From the NCBI GenBank assembly GCA_963677435.1, contig OY781945.1, positions 2,848,001 through 2,912,000 on the forward strand: a stretch of 64,000 nt of DNA, in the 5' to 3' direction. Shown here in pieces: positions 47,416-58,391 of the stretch. How positions within the stretch are numbered: position 1 is the first letter of the stretch; every line of letters begins with the position of its first letter. The stretch is from an uncultured Aliarcobacter sp. GTDB taxonomy: Bacteria > Campylobacterota > Campylobacteria > Campylobacterales > Arcobacteraceae. Both the position numbers and the translations under genes were made by a program. The notes beneath the pieces were generated by a model. The model was not told the DNA's origin. It made no database searches and saw only the letters and a program-made list of their open reading frames with translations.

Positions 47416-48320
47416 AATATCTTATATTAGTTTTATTTTGTTTGACTTTGAGTTTTTCAGCTGATTTTGATTATAAGTTAAAACCAATAAAATTATCTGA
47501 AAATAGCTACTATTTTTATGGAAAAGAGGAGTACTTTTCCAAAGAAAATGGTGGAGATATTGCAAATGCTTCTTTTATTATCACAAAAAATAGTGTTATT
47601 TTAATAGATACTGGAAGTTCAAGATTGTATGGGGAACAAGTAAAAAAACAAATTGAAAAAATTACTAATAAACCAATAAAATATATTTTAAATACTCATC
47701 ATCATCCTGATCATTTCTTAGGAAATATTGCATTTAGTTCAAGTGATATTTTTGCAACTGAATACACTAAAAATGAGATAGAAACTAATGGAGATTTATA
47801 TATATTAAATTTAGTTAATTTAGTACATGATGCTATGAATGGCACAAAAATAAAAGCTCCAAATGAAATACTCACAGCAAAAACACTTGATTTTGATGGT
47901 TATAAATTAAAAGTATTATATTTAGATGGGCACACCCAAAGTGATATTGCAGTTTATGATGAAAATACAAAAATTCTTTATGCTTCTGATTTAGTTTTTA
48001 ATAAAAGAACACCAACAACTCCCCATGCAAATATACAAAACTGGATAAAATCATTAAATGAATTAGAAAAAATTGATTATTCAATTTTAGTTCCAGGACA
48101 TGGACTTGCATCAAATACAAAAGAACCAATAAAAGAGACAATTTCATATTTAGAATTTTTGCAAAATACTTTGTCAAATAGTGCAAAACAAGGATTAGAT
48201 ATTTTTGAAATATTAAATAAACCAATCCCTGCTGAGTTTAAAGATTTTACTATGTTTAAAGAAGAGTTTGAAAGAACTGTTATTAATCTTTATCCATCTT
48301 ATGAGAAAGATTTGAAATAA
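47412..48320 (+). CDS. Quinoprotein relay system zinc metallohydrolase (MBL fold)
   Basis: NGGDIAN, IDTG, THHHPDHFLGN, GHT, VPGHG. Confidence 0.82.
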   Translation: MKYLILVLFCLTLSFSADFDYKLKPIKLSENSYYFYGKEEYFSKENGGDIANASFIITKNSVILIDTGSSRLYGEQVKKQIEKITNKPIKYILNTHHHPDHFLGNIAFSSSDIFATEYTKNEIETNGDLYILNLVNLVHDAMNGTKIKAPNEILTAKTLDFDGYKLKVLYLDGHTQSDIAVYDENTKILYASDLVFNKRTPTTPHANIQNWIKSLNELEKIDYSILVPGHGLASNTKEPIKETISYLEFLQNTLSNSAKQGLDIFEILNKPIPAEFKDFTMFKEEFERTVINLYPSYEKDLK

Positions 48321-49760
48321 CTATTTTTTCAAATCTTCCATAAATTTAAGAAGTAACCTAACAGCAACTCCCGTTGCTCCATAAGAGTGATAAGCCCAAA
48401 CTTCTTTTCTATATGATGGACCTGCTATATCAAAATGAAGCCATTTTTTCTTATTTTTATTTTTTACAAATTTACTTAAAAATATACTTGCCGTAATTGC
48501 TGCTCCATTTTTGTTGGCACTTGTATTTACAAAATCTGCAATTTGACTTTCCAGAAGCTTTTCTAAATAGTCATTAAAAGGTAAAAATCCTACTAATTCA
48601 CCTGATTTTTGAGAAGCTTTTAAAATCTTCTTTTTTAGTTTTTCACTATATCCCATAACAGCGGTTGTATATCCACCAAACGCTCCAATACTAGCTCCCG
48701 TTAATGTTGCTAAATCAAAAAGATAATCAAACTCTTCTATATTTTCTTGGGCATAATGTAAACAATCAGCTAAAACCAATCGCCCCTCAGCATCTGTATT
48801 TGTAACTTCAATTGTTTTTCCATTTGAAGCTTTTAAAACATCACCAGGTTTATAAGCATCTCCACCAATCATATTTTCAACAGCACCAATGATTCCATGA
48901 ACTTCAAAAGGCAAATTAAGTGTGCTAAGAGCTTCCATAACGCCTAAAATAGTTGCGCCTCCAGCTTTGTCACATTTCATCGAAACCATTCCACCTTCTC
49001 GCTTTAAACTCAGTCCACCCGTGTCATAAGTTACACCTTTTCCAACTAATACAATTTTTGCTATTGGATTTTTAGGTTTATAAGTTAAATGTATCAACTT
49101 ACTCTCATGAGGAGAAGCAATTCCAACACTTAACATGGCATTCATACTCTTTTGTTTTAAATAATCTTCACCAAAAATCTTACACTCAATATTTTTATTA
49201 TTTTGAGCGATTTTTAAAGCATCATCTGCCATTATTTGTGGATAATAATCCTCTGGTGAACTGTTTACAATATCTCTTGTATAATTCACACTATTGCAAA
49301 TAATTAACGCTTTTTTTAGATTCTCTTCTAATTCTTCTTTTGTTTTAGAAGATGAATTCGTGTTGATTTCTATATCTTTTATTTTTTCTTCATTAGTTGT
49401 TGATTTGTATTTTAAAAATTCATAATTTCCTAAAACTAAACCCTCAACAATTGTTTGAATTTCTAACTCTTTTTTACTTTGAGTAATATCTATTTTTATG
49501 TTTTGGATTTTAGTTTTTTTCAAAAAGTTAATTGCTGTACAAATTGCAGTTTTTATATTTTCATCTTTTAGTTTTAAACAAGAGACATATAATTTGCTAT
49601 TTTTTATATCAAAATGTGTGTTGAAAGATTTTTTATTAAAATTAATATTTTTTAGCAATTCTTGCTCTTTTTGAGCCAAATCTTTTATTTTATTTAAGAT
49701 AATTATCTCAACAGCTTGAGTTTTTTTATTGATGTTTTTTTTATTTAGAGTTATGTTCAT
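48321..49760 (-). CDS. pepA: Leucyl aminopeptidase (M17)
   Basis: GKGVTYDTGG, MKCD, NTDAEGRL, ATLTGA, HFDIAG. Confidence 0.9.
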   Translation of the reverse strand: MNITLNKKNINKKTQAVEIIILNKIKDLAQKEQELLKNINFNKKSFNTHFDIKNSKLYVSCLKLKDENIKTAICTAINFLKKTKIQNIKIDITQSKKELEIQTIVEGLVLGNYEFLKYKSTTNEEKIKDIEINTNSSSKTKEELEENLKKALIICNSVNYTRDIVNSSPEDYYPQIMADDALKIAQNNKNIECKIFGEDYLKQKSMNAMLSVGIASPHESKLIHLTYKPKNPIAKIVLVGKGVTYDTGGLSLKREGGMVSMKCDKAGGATILGVMEALSTLNLPFEVHGIIGAVENMIGGDAYKPGDVLKASNGKTIEVTNTDAEGRLVLADCLHYAQENIEEFDYLFDLATLTGASIGAFGGYTTAVMGYSEKLKKKILKASQKSGELVGFLPFNDYLEKLLESQIADFVNTSANKNGAAITASIFLSKFVKNKNKKKWLHFDIAGPSYRKEVWAYHSYGATGVAVRLLLKFMEDLKK

Positions 49761-49854
49761 TAGATTTTCCTTTGAACATATATTATATAGTTTTAATATA
49801 AATATTTATTCAAAGGAAGGACAAATAATCAAATTATTTGCCCTTTTGTTTTAA

Positions 49855-50922
49855 TTAGTTTTTATTTAAAGCACAAAGGTCAGAAAATGCAACTTCAAGT
49901 CTAAAAATCATAGCTTCTTGCCCAGCTCTTAAAAATTTTCTTGGGTCGTAGTAATTTTTATTAGGTTTATCTTCACCCTCTGGGTTTCCGATTTGACCTT
50001 GTAAATAATCATGATATTTAGCTTCATAAGCTCTAACACCATCCCACATTGCCCATTGAGTATCTGTGTCAATATTCATTTTAATAACACCATAAGAAAT
50101 AGCTTCTCTAATCTCTTCAAGTAGTGAACCTGAACCACCATGGAATACAAAATCAACAGGTTCATCTGAAGTTCCTAGTTTTTCTTGAATATACTTTTGA
50201 GAATTATCTAAAATTTTTGGACTTAATACAACATTTCCTGGTTTATAAACACCATGAACATTTCCAAAACTTGCAGCTATTGTAAAATTGCTCCCAACTT
50301 TACTTAATTCTTCATAAGCATAACAAACTTCTTCAGGTTGAGTGTAAAGTAAAGCATTATCAACATCAGAGTTGTCAACACCATCTTCTTCACCACCTGT
50401 TATTCCAAGTTCAATCTCTATCATCATATCAATAGCATTCATTTTTTTGAAATATTCAACACAAATTTCAATATTTTCTTCTAATGGCTCTTCACTTAAG
50501 TCAAGCATATGAGAAGTAAATAATGGTTTTCCTGTTTTTTCAAAATGAGCAATTCCTGCATCTAATAAACCATCAATCCAAGGCAATAATTTTTTAGCTG
50601 CATGGTCTGTGTGTAATATTACAGGAATTCCATAAGCTTCAGCCATTGTGTGAACATGATTTGCTCCACTAATTCCACCAAGGATAGCAGCATTTTCAGT
50701 TTTTAAACCTTTTCCAGCATAAAAACCTGCTCCACCATTTGAGAACTGAATTATAATTGGAGAATTAACCTTTGCTGCTACTTCTAATACAGCATTTACA
50801 GAATCAGTTCCTACAACATTTACAGCTGGAATAGCAAAATTATTCTCTTTTGCATATGCAAATAATTTTTTTGCTTCACTTCCAGATAAAACACCAGCTT
50901 TTACAACATCTAATACACCCAT
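49855..50922 (-). CDS. fba: Class II fructose-bisphosphate aldolase
   Basis: LHTDHA, SHMLDLSEE, GNVHGVYKPG, VFHGGSG. Confidence 0.96.
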   Translation of the reverse strand: MGVLDVVKAGVLSGSEAKKLFAYAKENNFAIPAVNVVGTDSVNAVLEVAAKVNSPIIIQFSNGGAGFYAGKGLKTENAAILGGISGANHVHTMAEAYGIPVILHTDHAAKKLLPWIDGLLDAGIAHFEKTGKPLFTSHMLDLSEEPLEENIEICVEYFKKMNAIDMMIEIELGITGGEEDGVDNSDVDNALLYTQPEEVCYAYEELSKVGSNFTIAASFGNVHGVYKPGNVVLSPKILDNSQKYIQEKLGTSDEPVDFVFHGGSGSLLEEIREAISYGVIKMNIDTDTQWAMWDGVRAYEAKYHDYLQGQIGNPEGEDKPNKNYYDPRKFLRAGQEAMIFRLEVAFSDLCALNKN

Positions 50923-50933
50923 CTTATATTCCC

Positions 50934-51737
50934 TTAGTTAATAACAATTTTAGCGTCTTTTTTTAGCTCATCAGTTAATTCTTTAACTTTTTTACTAAAT
51001 GCATTTCCCATTAAAATTTGTGAAATTTTAGCTTCAACTTCTGGATAAGTCAATGTTTTAGCAGCTGTTTTTTCTTTTAAGAAAATTACATGATAACCAA
51101 ATTGAGTTTTTACAGGAGTTTTAGTATAAGAATTATTTGTTAATGATTTAGCTGCAGCAGTGAATTCTGGAACTAATTTATCAGCAGGAACTTTTCCTAA
51201 ATAACCACCATTTTGAGCAGTTGAATCACCAGATTTAGCTTTTGCTAATTCAATAAATTTTTCTTCTTTTTTACTAGCTTTATCAAGTTGTTTAATAATG
51301 TCTTTTGCTTCAGCTTCAGTTTTTACTAAAATATGTCTTGATTCTAAAAGTTCAGGAATTACAAATTTTGCTTTATTTTTTTCAAAAAAATCTTTTTTGT
51401 CTTGTTCTGTAAATTTCATTTTATCAATTTCATTTTTTTGCCAAACTTGAAGTGCTAAATCTTCTTTAATTCCATTTATTGCTTCAATATATTTAGGGTC
51501 TTTTTCAATTCCCTCTTTAATTGCATTTTTTGCTATTAATTTTTTATTAACAATTTGGTCAATAACTTGTTTTTTTGCGCTGTCTGGTAAATTATCAAAA
51601 TCTATTCTTGGATCTTGTAAAACCATTGTAATATCTTGTTTTGTGATTGCTTCACCATCAATTGAACCATAATCTTTTGCATTTAAAGCTGTTACTAGAA
51701 CTAATGATGCAACTATACTTGTCACTATTTTTTTCAT
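50934..51737 (-). CDS. Periplasmic parvulin PPIase (PEB4/Cbf2-like)
   Basis: RHILV, NGGYLG, VPEF, KTQFGYHVI; signal peptide; start ATG 51737. Confidence 0.85.
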   Translation of the reverse strand: MKKIVTSIVASLVLVTALNAKDYGSIDGEAITKQDITMVLQDPRIDFDNLPDSAKKQVIDQIVNKKLIAKNAIKEGIEKDPKYIEAINGIKEDLALQVWQKNEIDKMKFTEQDKKDFFEKNKAKFVIPELLESRHILVKTEAEAKDIIKQLDKASKKEEKFIELAKAKSGDSTAQNGGYLGKVPADKLVPEFTAAAKSLTNNSYTKTPVKTQFGYHVIFLKEKTAAKTLTYPEVEAKISQILMGNAFSKKVKELTDELKKDAKIVIN

Positions 51738-51956
51738 AATATTCCTTGGGTTTTTATATTTGTGATATTTTAGCAATTCATAGTTAATAAAGAGTTAATT
51801 TAATACTCAAAAATATCTATTTATATTCGATTATTTTTATAAAATAAATTACGAATTAATAAATTTTAAAATTTAGCTTAAAAAGGCTTTAAATTTTGAA
51901 ATTTTTATGATACAATTCCGTCCAAATTTAAATTTAACTTAAATTTAAGGAATAAT

Positions 51957-52646
51957 ATGAGAATTTTGATTATTGAAGACGAAATAACACTAAATAGAAC
52001 ACTACAAGAGGGTCTTACAGACTTCGGATATCAAGTAGATACTGCTGAAAATTATAAAGATGCAGAATACTTTATCGACATTAGAAACTACGATTTAGTT
52101 TTAACTGATTGGATGTTACCAGACGGTGACGGAATTGAACTATGTAAAATAGTAAAAAACAGAAGTTCAAGAACAGCTGTAGTTATCATTTCTGCAAGAG
52201 ATGATAAAGAATCAGAAATTGAAGCACTAAAATCAGGTGCAGATGATTTTATTAAAAAACCATTTGATTTTGATATTTTATTAGCTAGAATTGAAGCAAG
52301 ACTTAGATTTGGTGGAACTAACATCATTGAAATTGATGATTTAATCATTAATCCTGATGAAGAAAAAATTGAATACGCAGGTGTAGAAATTGAACTTAAA
52401 GGTAAACCTTTTGAAGTTTTAACACACTTAGCAAGACATAGAGATCAAATTGTTTCAAAAGAACAACTACTTGACGCAATTTGGGAAGAACCAGAATTAG
52501 TTACTCCAAATGTAATTGAAGTTGCAATTAATCAAATTAGACAAAAAATGGATAAACCATTAAATATCTCTACTATTGAAACAATTAGAAGAAGAGGTTA
52601 TAGATTCTGTTATCCTAATACAATAGAAGATACAAAAGCTAAATAA
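51957..52646 (+). CDS. hsrA: Homeostatic response regulator HsrA/CosR-like (OmpR family)
   Basis: IRNYDLVL, LKGKPFEVLTHLARHRDQIVSKEQLLDAIWEEPELVTPNVIEVAINQIRQKMDKPL. Confidence 0.85.
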   Translation: MRILIIEDEITLNRTLQEGLTDFGYQVDTAENYKDAEYFIDIRNYDLVLTDWMLPDGDGIELCKIVKNRSSRTAVVIISARDDKESEIEALKSGADDFIKKPFDFDILLARIEARLRFGGTNIIEIDDLIINPDEEKIEYAGVEIELKGKPFEVLTHLARHRDQIVSKEQLLDAIWEEPELVTPNVIEVAINQIRQKMDKPLNISTIETIRRRGYRFCYPNTIEDTKAK

Positions 52647-52662
52647 TTAGCTGATTAAAAAG

Positions 52663-53943
52663 ATGGAAAGCAAAAGTATATATAGACAGTTTTATAGCAA
52701 ACTGATTATAGCTACCTCGCTTTTTATCATAACGCTTTCATTTATATTTTATGAATATGCAAGAAGCACTGTTTATGATGATATACAAAAAAACATGCTA
52801 AGCCACGCCGAAGAACTTTACAAATCTTCAATTTCCTCAAATAGTTTTAATCCTGTTCAAAATGAAAATATCACTATAAATTTAATACATAATATTCAAT
52901 TAAAAACTTTTAAATTTTTGAATTATCAAAAACAAGGTGATTATTATATAAAACTACTTTATCCTTTTGATTTAAAGAATAAAACATTTTTAGAAATTGA
53001 TAAAAATGTTAGTTTTGAGAGAGAACTTTTGTATTCTGTTATATTTAAAAACCTATTTATTTTAGCAATCCCTGGTTTTATTTTAATGCTTATTTACTCG
53101 TTAGTTGTTTCAAAATCTTTGTTAAAGCCCATAATTCAAATTAATAAAAAATTATCAAATATGGATGAAAATTCTTTAACTCAAATTGATAAAAAAGATT
53201 TACCAATAGAGTTTCATTCCCTTGCAAACTCTATCAATTCATTAACAAATAGAATTGAAACCTATGTAAAATTCAAAAAAGAACTATTTGTGGGAGCTGC
53301 CCATGAACTTAAAACTCCACTTGCAGTAATGAAATTAAAAAATGAAGTTACTCTAAAGAAAAAAAGAGAGATTGAACAATATGAAGAAGCTTTAAAACTA
53401 ACTGTAAAACAAATAGATGAGATGAATAAAACTATCTCTTCAATTTTAGATATAGGAAGAACTGAAGGAGCTCAGTTTGAACAAACTATTAATCTTGATT
53501 TAGTTGAATATATCAAGAAAAAAACCAATGATTATAGAATGTTAAGTGCTCAAAAAAATATTGTTATCACATTCTTTTCAAATGTTAATCATTTAGAAAC
53601 TTCTATTCAATTAACACTACTTAATCAGATATTACAGAATTTTGTTCAAAATGCAATAAAGTTTACTCCAAATGAAAAATCAATTGCAATAAAATTAAAA
53701 AAAACTAAAGAAAAAATAATTATAACCGTAACAGATGAAGGTATTGGAATAAAAGAAGATGTGGATTTATTTGCACCTTTTAAAAGAATAGGAAATCAAA
53801 GTGGAGTTGGATTAGGATTATTTTTAGCAAAAAATGCAGCTGATGCGTTAAGAGCTAAAATATCAATTGAAAATAGAGCTGATGATAAAACAGGATGTAT
53901 TGCTAAACTTGTGCTTAACAATACATCAAAAGAGTTAAATTAA
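52663..53943 (+). CDS. HAMP sensor histidine kinase
   Basis: AHELKTPL, QNAIKF, DEGIG, GVGLGL; two TMs. Confidence 0.9.
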   Translation: MESKSIYRQFYSKLIIATSLFIITLSFIFYEYARSTVYDDIQKNMLSHAEELYKSSISSNSFNPVQNENITINLIHNIQLKTFKFLNYQKQGDYYIKLLYPFDLKNKTFLEIDKNVSFERELLYSVIFKNLFILAIPGFILMLIYSLVVSKSLLKPIIQINKKLSNMDENSLTQIDKKDLPIEFHSLANSINSLTNRIETYVKFKKELFVGAAHELKTPLAVMKLKNEVTLKKKREIEQYEEALKLTVKQIDEMNKTISSILDIGRTEGAQFEQTINLDLVEYIKKKTNDYRMLSAQKNIVITFFSNVNHLETSIQLTLLNQILQNFVQNAIKFTPNEKSIAIKLKKTKEKIIITVTDEGIGIKEDVDLFAPFKRIGNQSGVGLGLFLAKNAADALRAKISIENRADDKTGCIAKLVLNNTSKELN

Positions 53944-54368
53944 AATAGATTTCTATGTTCTATTTTAGTACATTTATTCTGTACTACTTTTAAACCAGCC
54001 TCTTTTGCCTTTTCTGCTGCTTCATTATTTACAAGACCTAATTGTGTCCAAACTGTATCAACATCACCTCTTGATATTGCTTCATCAATAATTTCAGCTA
54101 TTGCATCTGGTTTCCTAAAAATATCAACCATATCAATTTTGAATGGAATTTCTGAAATAGTTCTATAAACTTTTTCACCCAAAATCATATCTTCTTTTGG
54201 ATAAACAGGAACAACTTTAAATCCTGCACTTTGTAAATAAGCAGCTACCATATTAGAAGCTTTTGAGGGATCTGGTGAAAGTCCAGCTATTGCTATAGTT
54301 TTTGTATTTTTAAAAATTTCAATTATTTCTTCACTTTTTGAGTTTACTGTAGGGAATTCGCAATCCAT
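53940..54368 (-). CDS. CoA-binding protein (YccU-like)
   Basis: IAIAGLS, DMVDIFR, WTQLG, NKCTKIEH. Confidence 0.88.
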   Translation of the reverse strand: MDCEFPTVNSKSEEIIEIFKNTKTIAIAGLSPDPSKASNMVAAYLQSAGFKVVPVYPKEDMILGEKVYRTISEIPFKIDMVDIFRKPDAIAEIIDEAISRGDVDTVWTQLGLVNNEAAEKAKEAGLKVVQNKCTKIEHRNLF

Positions 54369-54436
54369 TTTATATCCTTAATTTTAATTGTTTATTATAA
54401 ATAAATTATTTAAAAGTATACTAAAAAGAAGATAAA

Positions 54437-55483
54437 CTAGATTTTATCTAGCTTATCTTGCATATAAGTTCTAACTTCACAATAATCAATAACTTCTTTG
54501 AAGTCATCAAATTTTCCACCACTTGCATTAACATGTCCGCCACCATTTGCTAGTTTTGAGGCCAATAATGCAACATCGACTTTTCCATCAGCTCTAAAAG
54601 AAGCATTACCTTTTTTATTCACATCAATAAAAAAATCATACTCAGGATTTGCTCGTAAAAAAGCATTTGCAGGAATAGAAATTGAGCCTAAACAATAAGT
54701 TAAAAGACCTTTATGACCTTTGTAAGTAACTGTTAAATCATTTTTTACATCAACTAAAGTTTTTACAAGATAAGTAGCTGATAAATTATCTAAAGTATCA
54801 TCTTTGTCACTTAATTTTAAAAAATCTTTTTTTATAAAGTGCACATCATTATCTAATTTTATATAACCATCAACCATATCAAGATATTTTGCTGCTTCTT
54901 TTAGTAAATAACATCTAAAATCTCTATTTAAATCTGCAAATAAAATATTATTAATTTCTCGCACTTTACTAATCATAGACATTAAAACTTTACCAAACTC
55001 AAAATTCTTAACTTCATGTTCAAGCCATATATCAACAGCATTTATTGAATCTACTAAAGGTTTTAGCCAATCACTTGTATTACTATCAAAACCTTCATAC
55101 TCTTCAAATATATAATCATAAACTATTTTTGTAGCACATCTTTTATCATCTAAATAATACCAATCAAAAGTTTCTGAACTCTTTTTGCCACTAATATGGT
55201 GATCTAAAACTTGAAGTTTTATTTTAAATCCATCTTTTATTAGATCATTCACATCTTTATCTAAATCTTTAGATTCTTGAAAATTAAGATTTAAATCACT
55301 AATTAAAATAAAGATTTCATCTTCTTTATATTCAAGAATTTGCTCTAACACTTTTTTTATAGATAATTTTACTTCAACTCCATAATTAGCATTATAAAAG
55401 AAACCCTCTTTAAAATACTCTTTAGTGACTAATTGACATCCGTATCCATCTAAATCCGTATGAGAAATATGGAACAACTTCAT
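54437..55483 (-). CDS. DHH-family phosphoesterase
   Basis: SHTDLDG, ISDL, LDHH, GGGH. Confidence 0.85.
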   Translation of the reverse strand: MKLFHISHTDLDGYGCQLVTKEYFKEGFFYNANYGVEVKLSIKKVLEQILEYKEDEIFILISDLNLNFQESKDLDKDVNDLIKDGFKIKLQVLDHHISGKKSSETFDWYYLDDKRCATKIVYDYIFEEYEGFDSNTSDWLKPLVDSINAVDIWLEHEVKNFEFGKVLMSMISKVREINNILFADLNRDFRCYLLKEAAKYLDMVDGYIKLDNDVHFIKKDFLKLSDKDDTLDNLSATYLVKTLVDVKNDLTVTYKGHKGLLTYCLGSISIPANAFLRANPEYDFFIDVNKKGNASFRADGKVDVALLASKLANGGGHVNASGGKFDDFKEVIDYCEVRTYMQDKLDKI

Positions 55484-55881
55484 TAAGCTATGTCTTTTAA
55501 TGTTAATTTTTCTAAAAAATCATTTATTTTTAGTTGTAAATTATTTAATAAAGGCCAAATAGTACAAAGGGATGCAAGTTGATTTGGACAATTATCCATT
55601 GAAGGGGAGCATTCAAAAACTGATGGTAATTTCTCTTCAGCAGCAACTACAATTTCTAAAATAGTAATTAATTCCCATGATTTATTTAAAGCAAATCCAC
55701 CATTTACACCTCTATGAGATATAACTAAATTGTGTTTTGCTAAATTTTGCATGATTTTTGCTAAAAATGATTTTGATATATTTAATTCTCTTGATAACTC
55801 ATCTACATTCTTTGCCTCATCACTTTTTGCAATGGCAATTAAAGACAGTAGTGCGTATTCACTCTTTTTTGTTAATAACAT
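55483..55881 (-). CDS. Rrf2-family transcriptional regulator with three Cys
   Basis: SEYAL, LAKIMQNL, RGVNGGF, C-X6-C-X7-C. Confidence 0.85.
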   Translation of the reverse strand: MLLTKKSEYALLSLIAIAKSDEAKNVDELSRELNISKSFLAKIMQNLAKHNLVISHRGVNGGFALNKSWELITILEIVVAAEEKLPSVFECSPSMDNCPNQLASLCTIWPLLNNLQLKINDFLEKLTLKDIA

Positions 55882-55968
55882 ATTATAAATTTCCAATATT
55901 TTTTGTTTATTCTACAAGAACTATTATTAATATTCGTTATTAAAATTAATCAATTCAAATATTTAAAC

Positions 55969-56007
55969 AAAAAAAAAGGGTTGCAGCATTGCTACAACCC
56001 TTTTTTT
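55969..56007 (-). terminator. Terminator after rpsO
   Basis: AAAAAAAGGGTTG...CAACCCTTTTTTT. Confidence 0.8.
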
Positions 56008-56023
56008 CGTAATAAAACTTAAA

Positions 56024-56296
56024 TTATTTAGCTCTAATTCCTAAAGAAGCAACTAACTCAACAAATGAAGCATAGTTTGTTCTTCTTAAATATGCTAGTA
56101 ATCTTTTTCTTTTACCAACCATTTTTAATAGACCTAATCTTGATGAGTGGTCTTTTTTGAAAACTTTTAAGTGTTCTGTTAATATTTTAATTTGCTCTGT
56201 TAATAAAGCAATTTGAACTTCTGATGAACCTGTATCACCATCTTTTTTACCGTATTTTGCTGCTATAGCTGCTTTTACTTCCTGATCTAAAGCCAT
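56024..56296 (-). CDS. rpsO: 30S ribosomal protein S15
   Basis: [33 protein letters not shown]. Confidence 0.97.
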   Translation of the reverse strand: MALDQEVKAAIAAKYGKKDGDTGSSEVQIALLTEQIKILTEHLKVFKKDHSSRLGLLKMVGKRKRLLAYLRRTNYASFVELVASLGIRAK

Positions 56297-56394
56297 GTTG
56301 ACCTCCTAATAGGTATATATTAATTTATTCATTTACAATAAATGAGCGCGAATTATATTTAAATATTACTTCAATCTAAATTAAATAAGAGTTC

Positions 56395-57366
56395 TCATCC
56401 ACCTGTTTCATAAAAAGCTCTAGTTGAAATTTTATTATCATCTTTTGTTGACCATTTATTTTTTTCTGGTTTATTTTCTAAGACTTTTTTTAAAATAGCA
56501 ACTGCTTCATCTATTTTATTATTTCTAACTGAATCTTTGATACTCATTGCATCTTCAAAATATAAACATGGAATTAAAAAACCCTCAGCTGTTAATCTAA
56601 TTCTATTACATTGAGCACAAAAATCATCTTTATGTGGTTCAATTATTCCAAACTGATATCCATCTTCTAACTCATAATATTGTGCAGGTGAGCTAGTATC
56701 TCTAGGAACTGTTTTAAAGTTGGGATATTTTGTAGCAACAATTGCTTTTATTTCATTAGAATTTAATCCTTTTGCACCGTCTTTTGCATGATTGTTTTCC
56801 ATAAATTCTATAAATCTAATAACATAATTTTTGTTTTTACAAAACTCTAAAACATCTAAAATATCATTTTCATTTATTCCTTTTATGGGAACGCAATTTA
56901 TTTTGATTTTTAATCCTGCATCATCTGCTGCTTGTATTCCTTTTAATACTGTTGGTAATACATCTTTTTGAGCAATTTTTGCAGCAGTTGCTGGATTTAA
57001 ACTATCTAAAGAGATATTTATCCTTTTTAAACCTGCATCTTTTAACTTTTGTGCAGCTTTTGGAAGTAAAAAGCCATTTGTTGTTAGTGCTAAATCTATA
57101 TCATTTTTATAATCATATATCATTTTTACAAATTGATCTAAGCCCTCTCTTAAAAGTGGCTCACCACCGGTTATTCTTACTTTTTTTATTCCCTCATCTA
57201 TTGCTGCTTTTATAAATTTAAATAAATCTTCATAAGAGAGTAAATTCTCCTTTGGGACCCAAGAAAAAGGTTTTTCAGGCATACAATAATGACATCTAAA
57301 ATTACATCTTTCAGTTACAGAAACTCTTAGATAATCATGTTTTCTTCCAAATCCATCTATTAACAT
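56395..57366 (-). CDS. moaA: GTP 3',8-cyclase
   Basis: [27 protein letters not shown]-terminal GG. Confidence 0.96.
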   Translation of the reverse strand: MLIDGFGRKHDYLRVSVTERCNFRCHYCMPEKPFSWVPKENLLSYEDLFKFIKAAIDEGIKKVRITGGEPLLREGLDQFVKMIYDYKNDIDLALTTNGFLLPKAAQKLKDAGLKRINISLDSLNPATAAKIAQKDVLPTVLKGIQAADDAGLKIKINCVPIKGINENDILDVLEFCKNKNYVIRFIEFMENNHAKDGAKGLNSNEIKAIVATKYPNFKTVPRDTSSPAQYYELEDGYQFGIIEPHKDDFCAQCNRIRLTAEGFLIPCLYFEDAMSIKDSVRNNKIDEAVAILKKVLENKPEKNKWSTKDDNKISTRAFYETGG

Positions 57367-57388
57367 TTTTTACCTTTTTTATTTTTTC

Positions 57389-58306
57389 CTAATTTAATCT
57401 TTGCCATGCTTCATCTAATGATGTCACTCTATTTGAGAATAATAAATATAAAGCCACATTAAATTTTGCAAGTTTTAAGATATTTTCATCTGGATTTTTA
57501 ACTATATTTAAAGACTCTTCTAAAGAGATGTTTTCATACTCTTTATCATAAACTATTCCATAATCTTTTAATGAAAAACTCTCTTCAACTATAATTCCAT
57601 CTTTCATTTTCCAATATTTTCCATCTTTAAATACTTCAGGACTTCCCTCACTAGCTTTCACAACTACTATTTCTTTAAAATATTCAGCAAAAATATCTAA
57701 ATATTTTTGTACATATGGTTTATGAAATGCTGTTGTCACACCATATTCACTAAGACTTGGATTTAAAAGTTTTTCAACTGTATTAAATGCAGTTCTTAAA
57801 CCTAATTCATGTCTAAGAGGAGTCATATCACTTAACTCTTTTAAGTATTCTACCCTATCAAAAAAATGTAAGTATTGACTTGCATCAATATTTGCAAAAA
57901 TCTCTTTTGTTGTAAGTCCATTTTTTGCAGGTTGTAAAAAATCACCTGAGATAACTAGATTTAATTTTCTTATATCACTATTTTTTGCATAAAATTCTTC
58001 TAATATCTTTCCAAATAATGGAAATAAAAATGGATTATCACATCTTCCATCAAATGAATATCCAAGTTCAATTGAGTCTTCAATTTTTTGAAATTTCATA
58101 AATTTTCTTAAAGCTTTTATACAGCCTTTTAATTCATCATTTGATTCTAGTTTTGTTCTCCAACCTATCAAAAAAGCACCAATTTGAGCAGGTGTTACTT
58201 TATTTAATAATATTTGTTCAACTGCATCTGCTGTTTCATCTACACTTAAATCTCTATTTCCTTTAGGACCTGTTCCTACTGCTTTTATATATTTTTTAAA
58301 ACTCAT
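57389..58306 (-). CDS. Glycosyltransferase family 3 / TrpD-like (YbiB-like) protein
   Basis: KAVGTGPKGNRDL, QIGAFLI, RHELGLRT, FHKPY; start taken at ATG 58306. Confidence 0.7.
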   Translation of the reverse strand: MSFKKYIKAVGTGPKGNRDLSVDETADAVEQILLNKVTPAQIGAFLIGWRTKLESNDELKGCIKALRKFMKFQKIEDSIELGYSFDGRCDNPFLFPLFGKILEEFYAKNSDIRKLNLVISGDFLQPAKNGLTTKEIFANIDASQYLHFFDRVEYLKELSDMTPLRHELGLRTAFNTVEKLLNPSLSEYGVTTAFHKPYVQKYLDIFAEYFKEIVVVKASEGSPEVFKDGKYWKMKDGIIVEESFSLKDYGIVYDKEYENISLEESLNIVKNPDENILKLAKFNVALYLLFSNRVTSLDEAWQRLN

Positions 58307-58391
58307 TATAAACCTTATTTTATATCTTTTAATTTGTATTTGTACAAGCATAATATACAATAGCTTAAATAAAACCATAAGAAAGGTTCAT

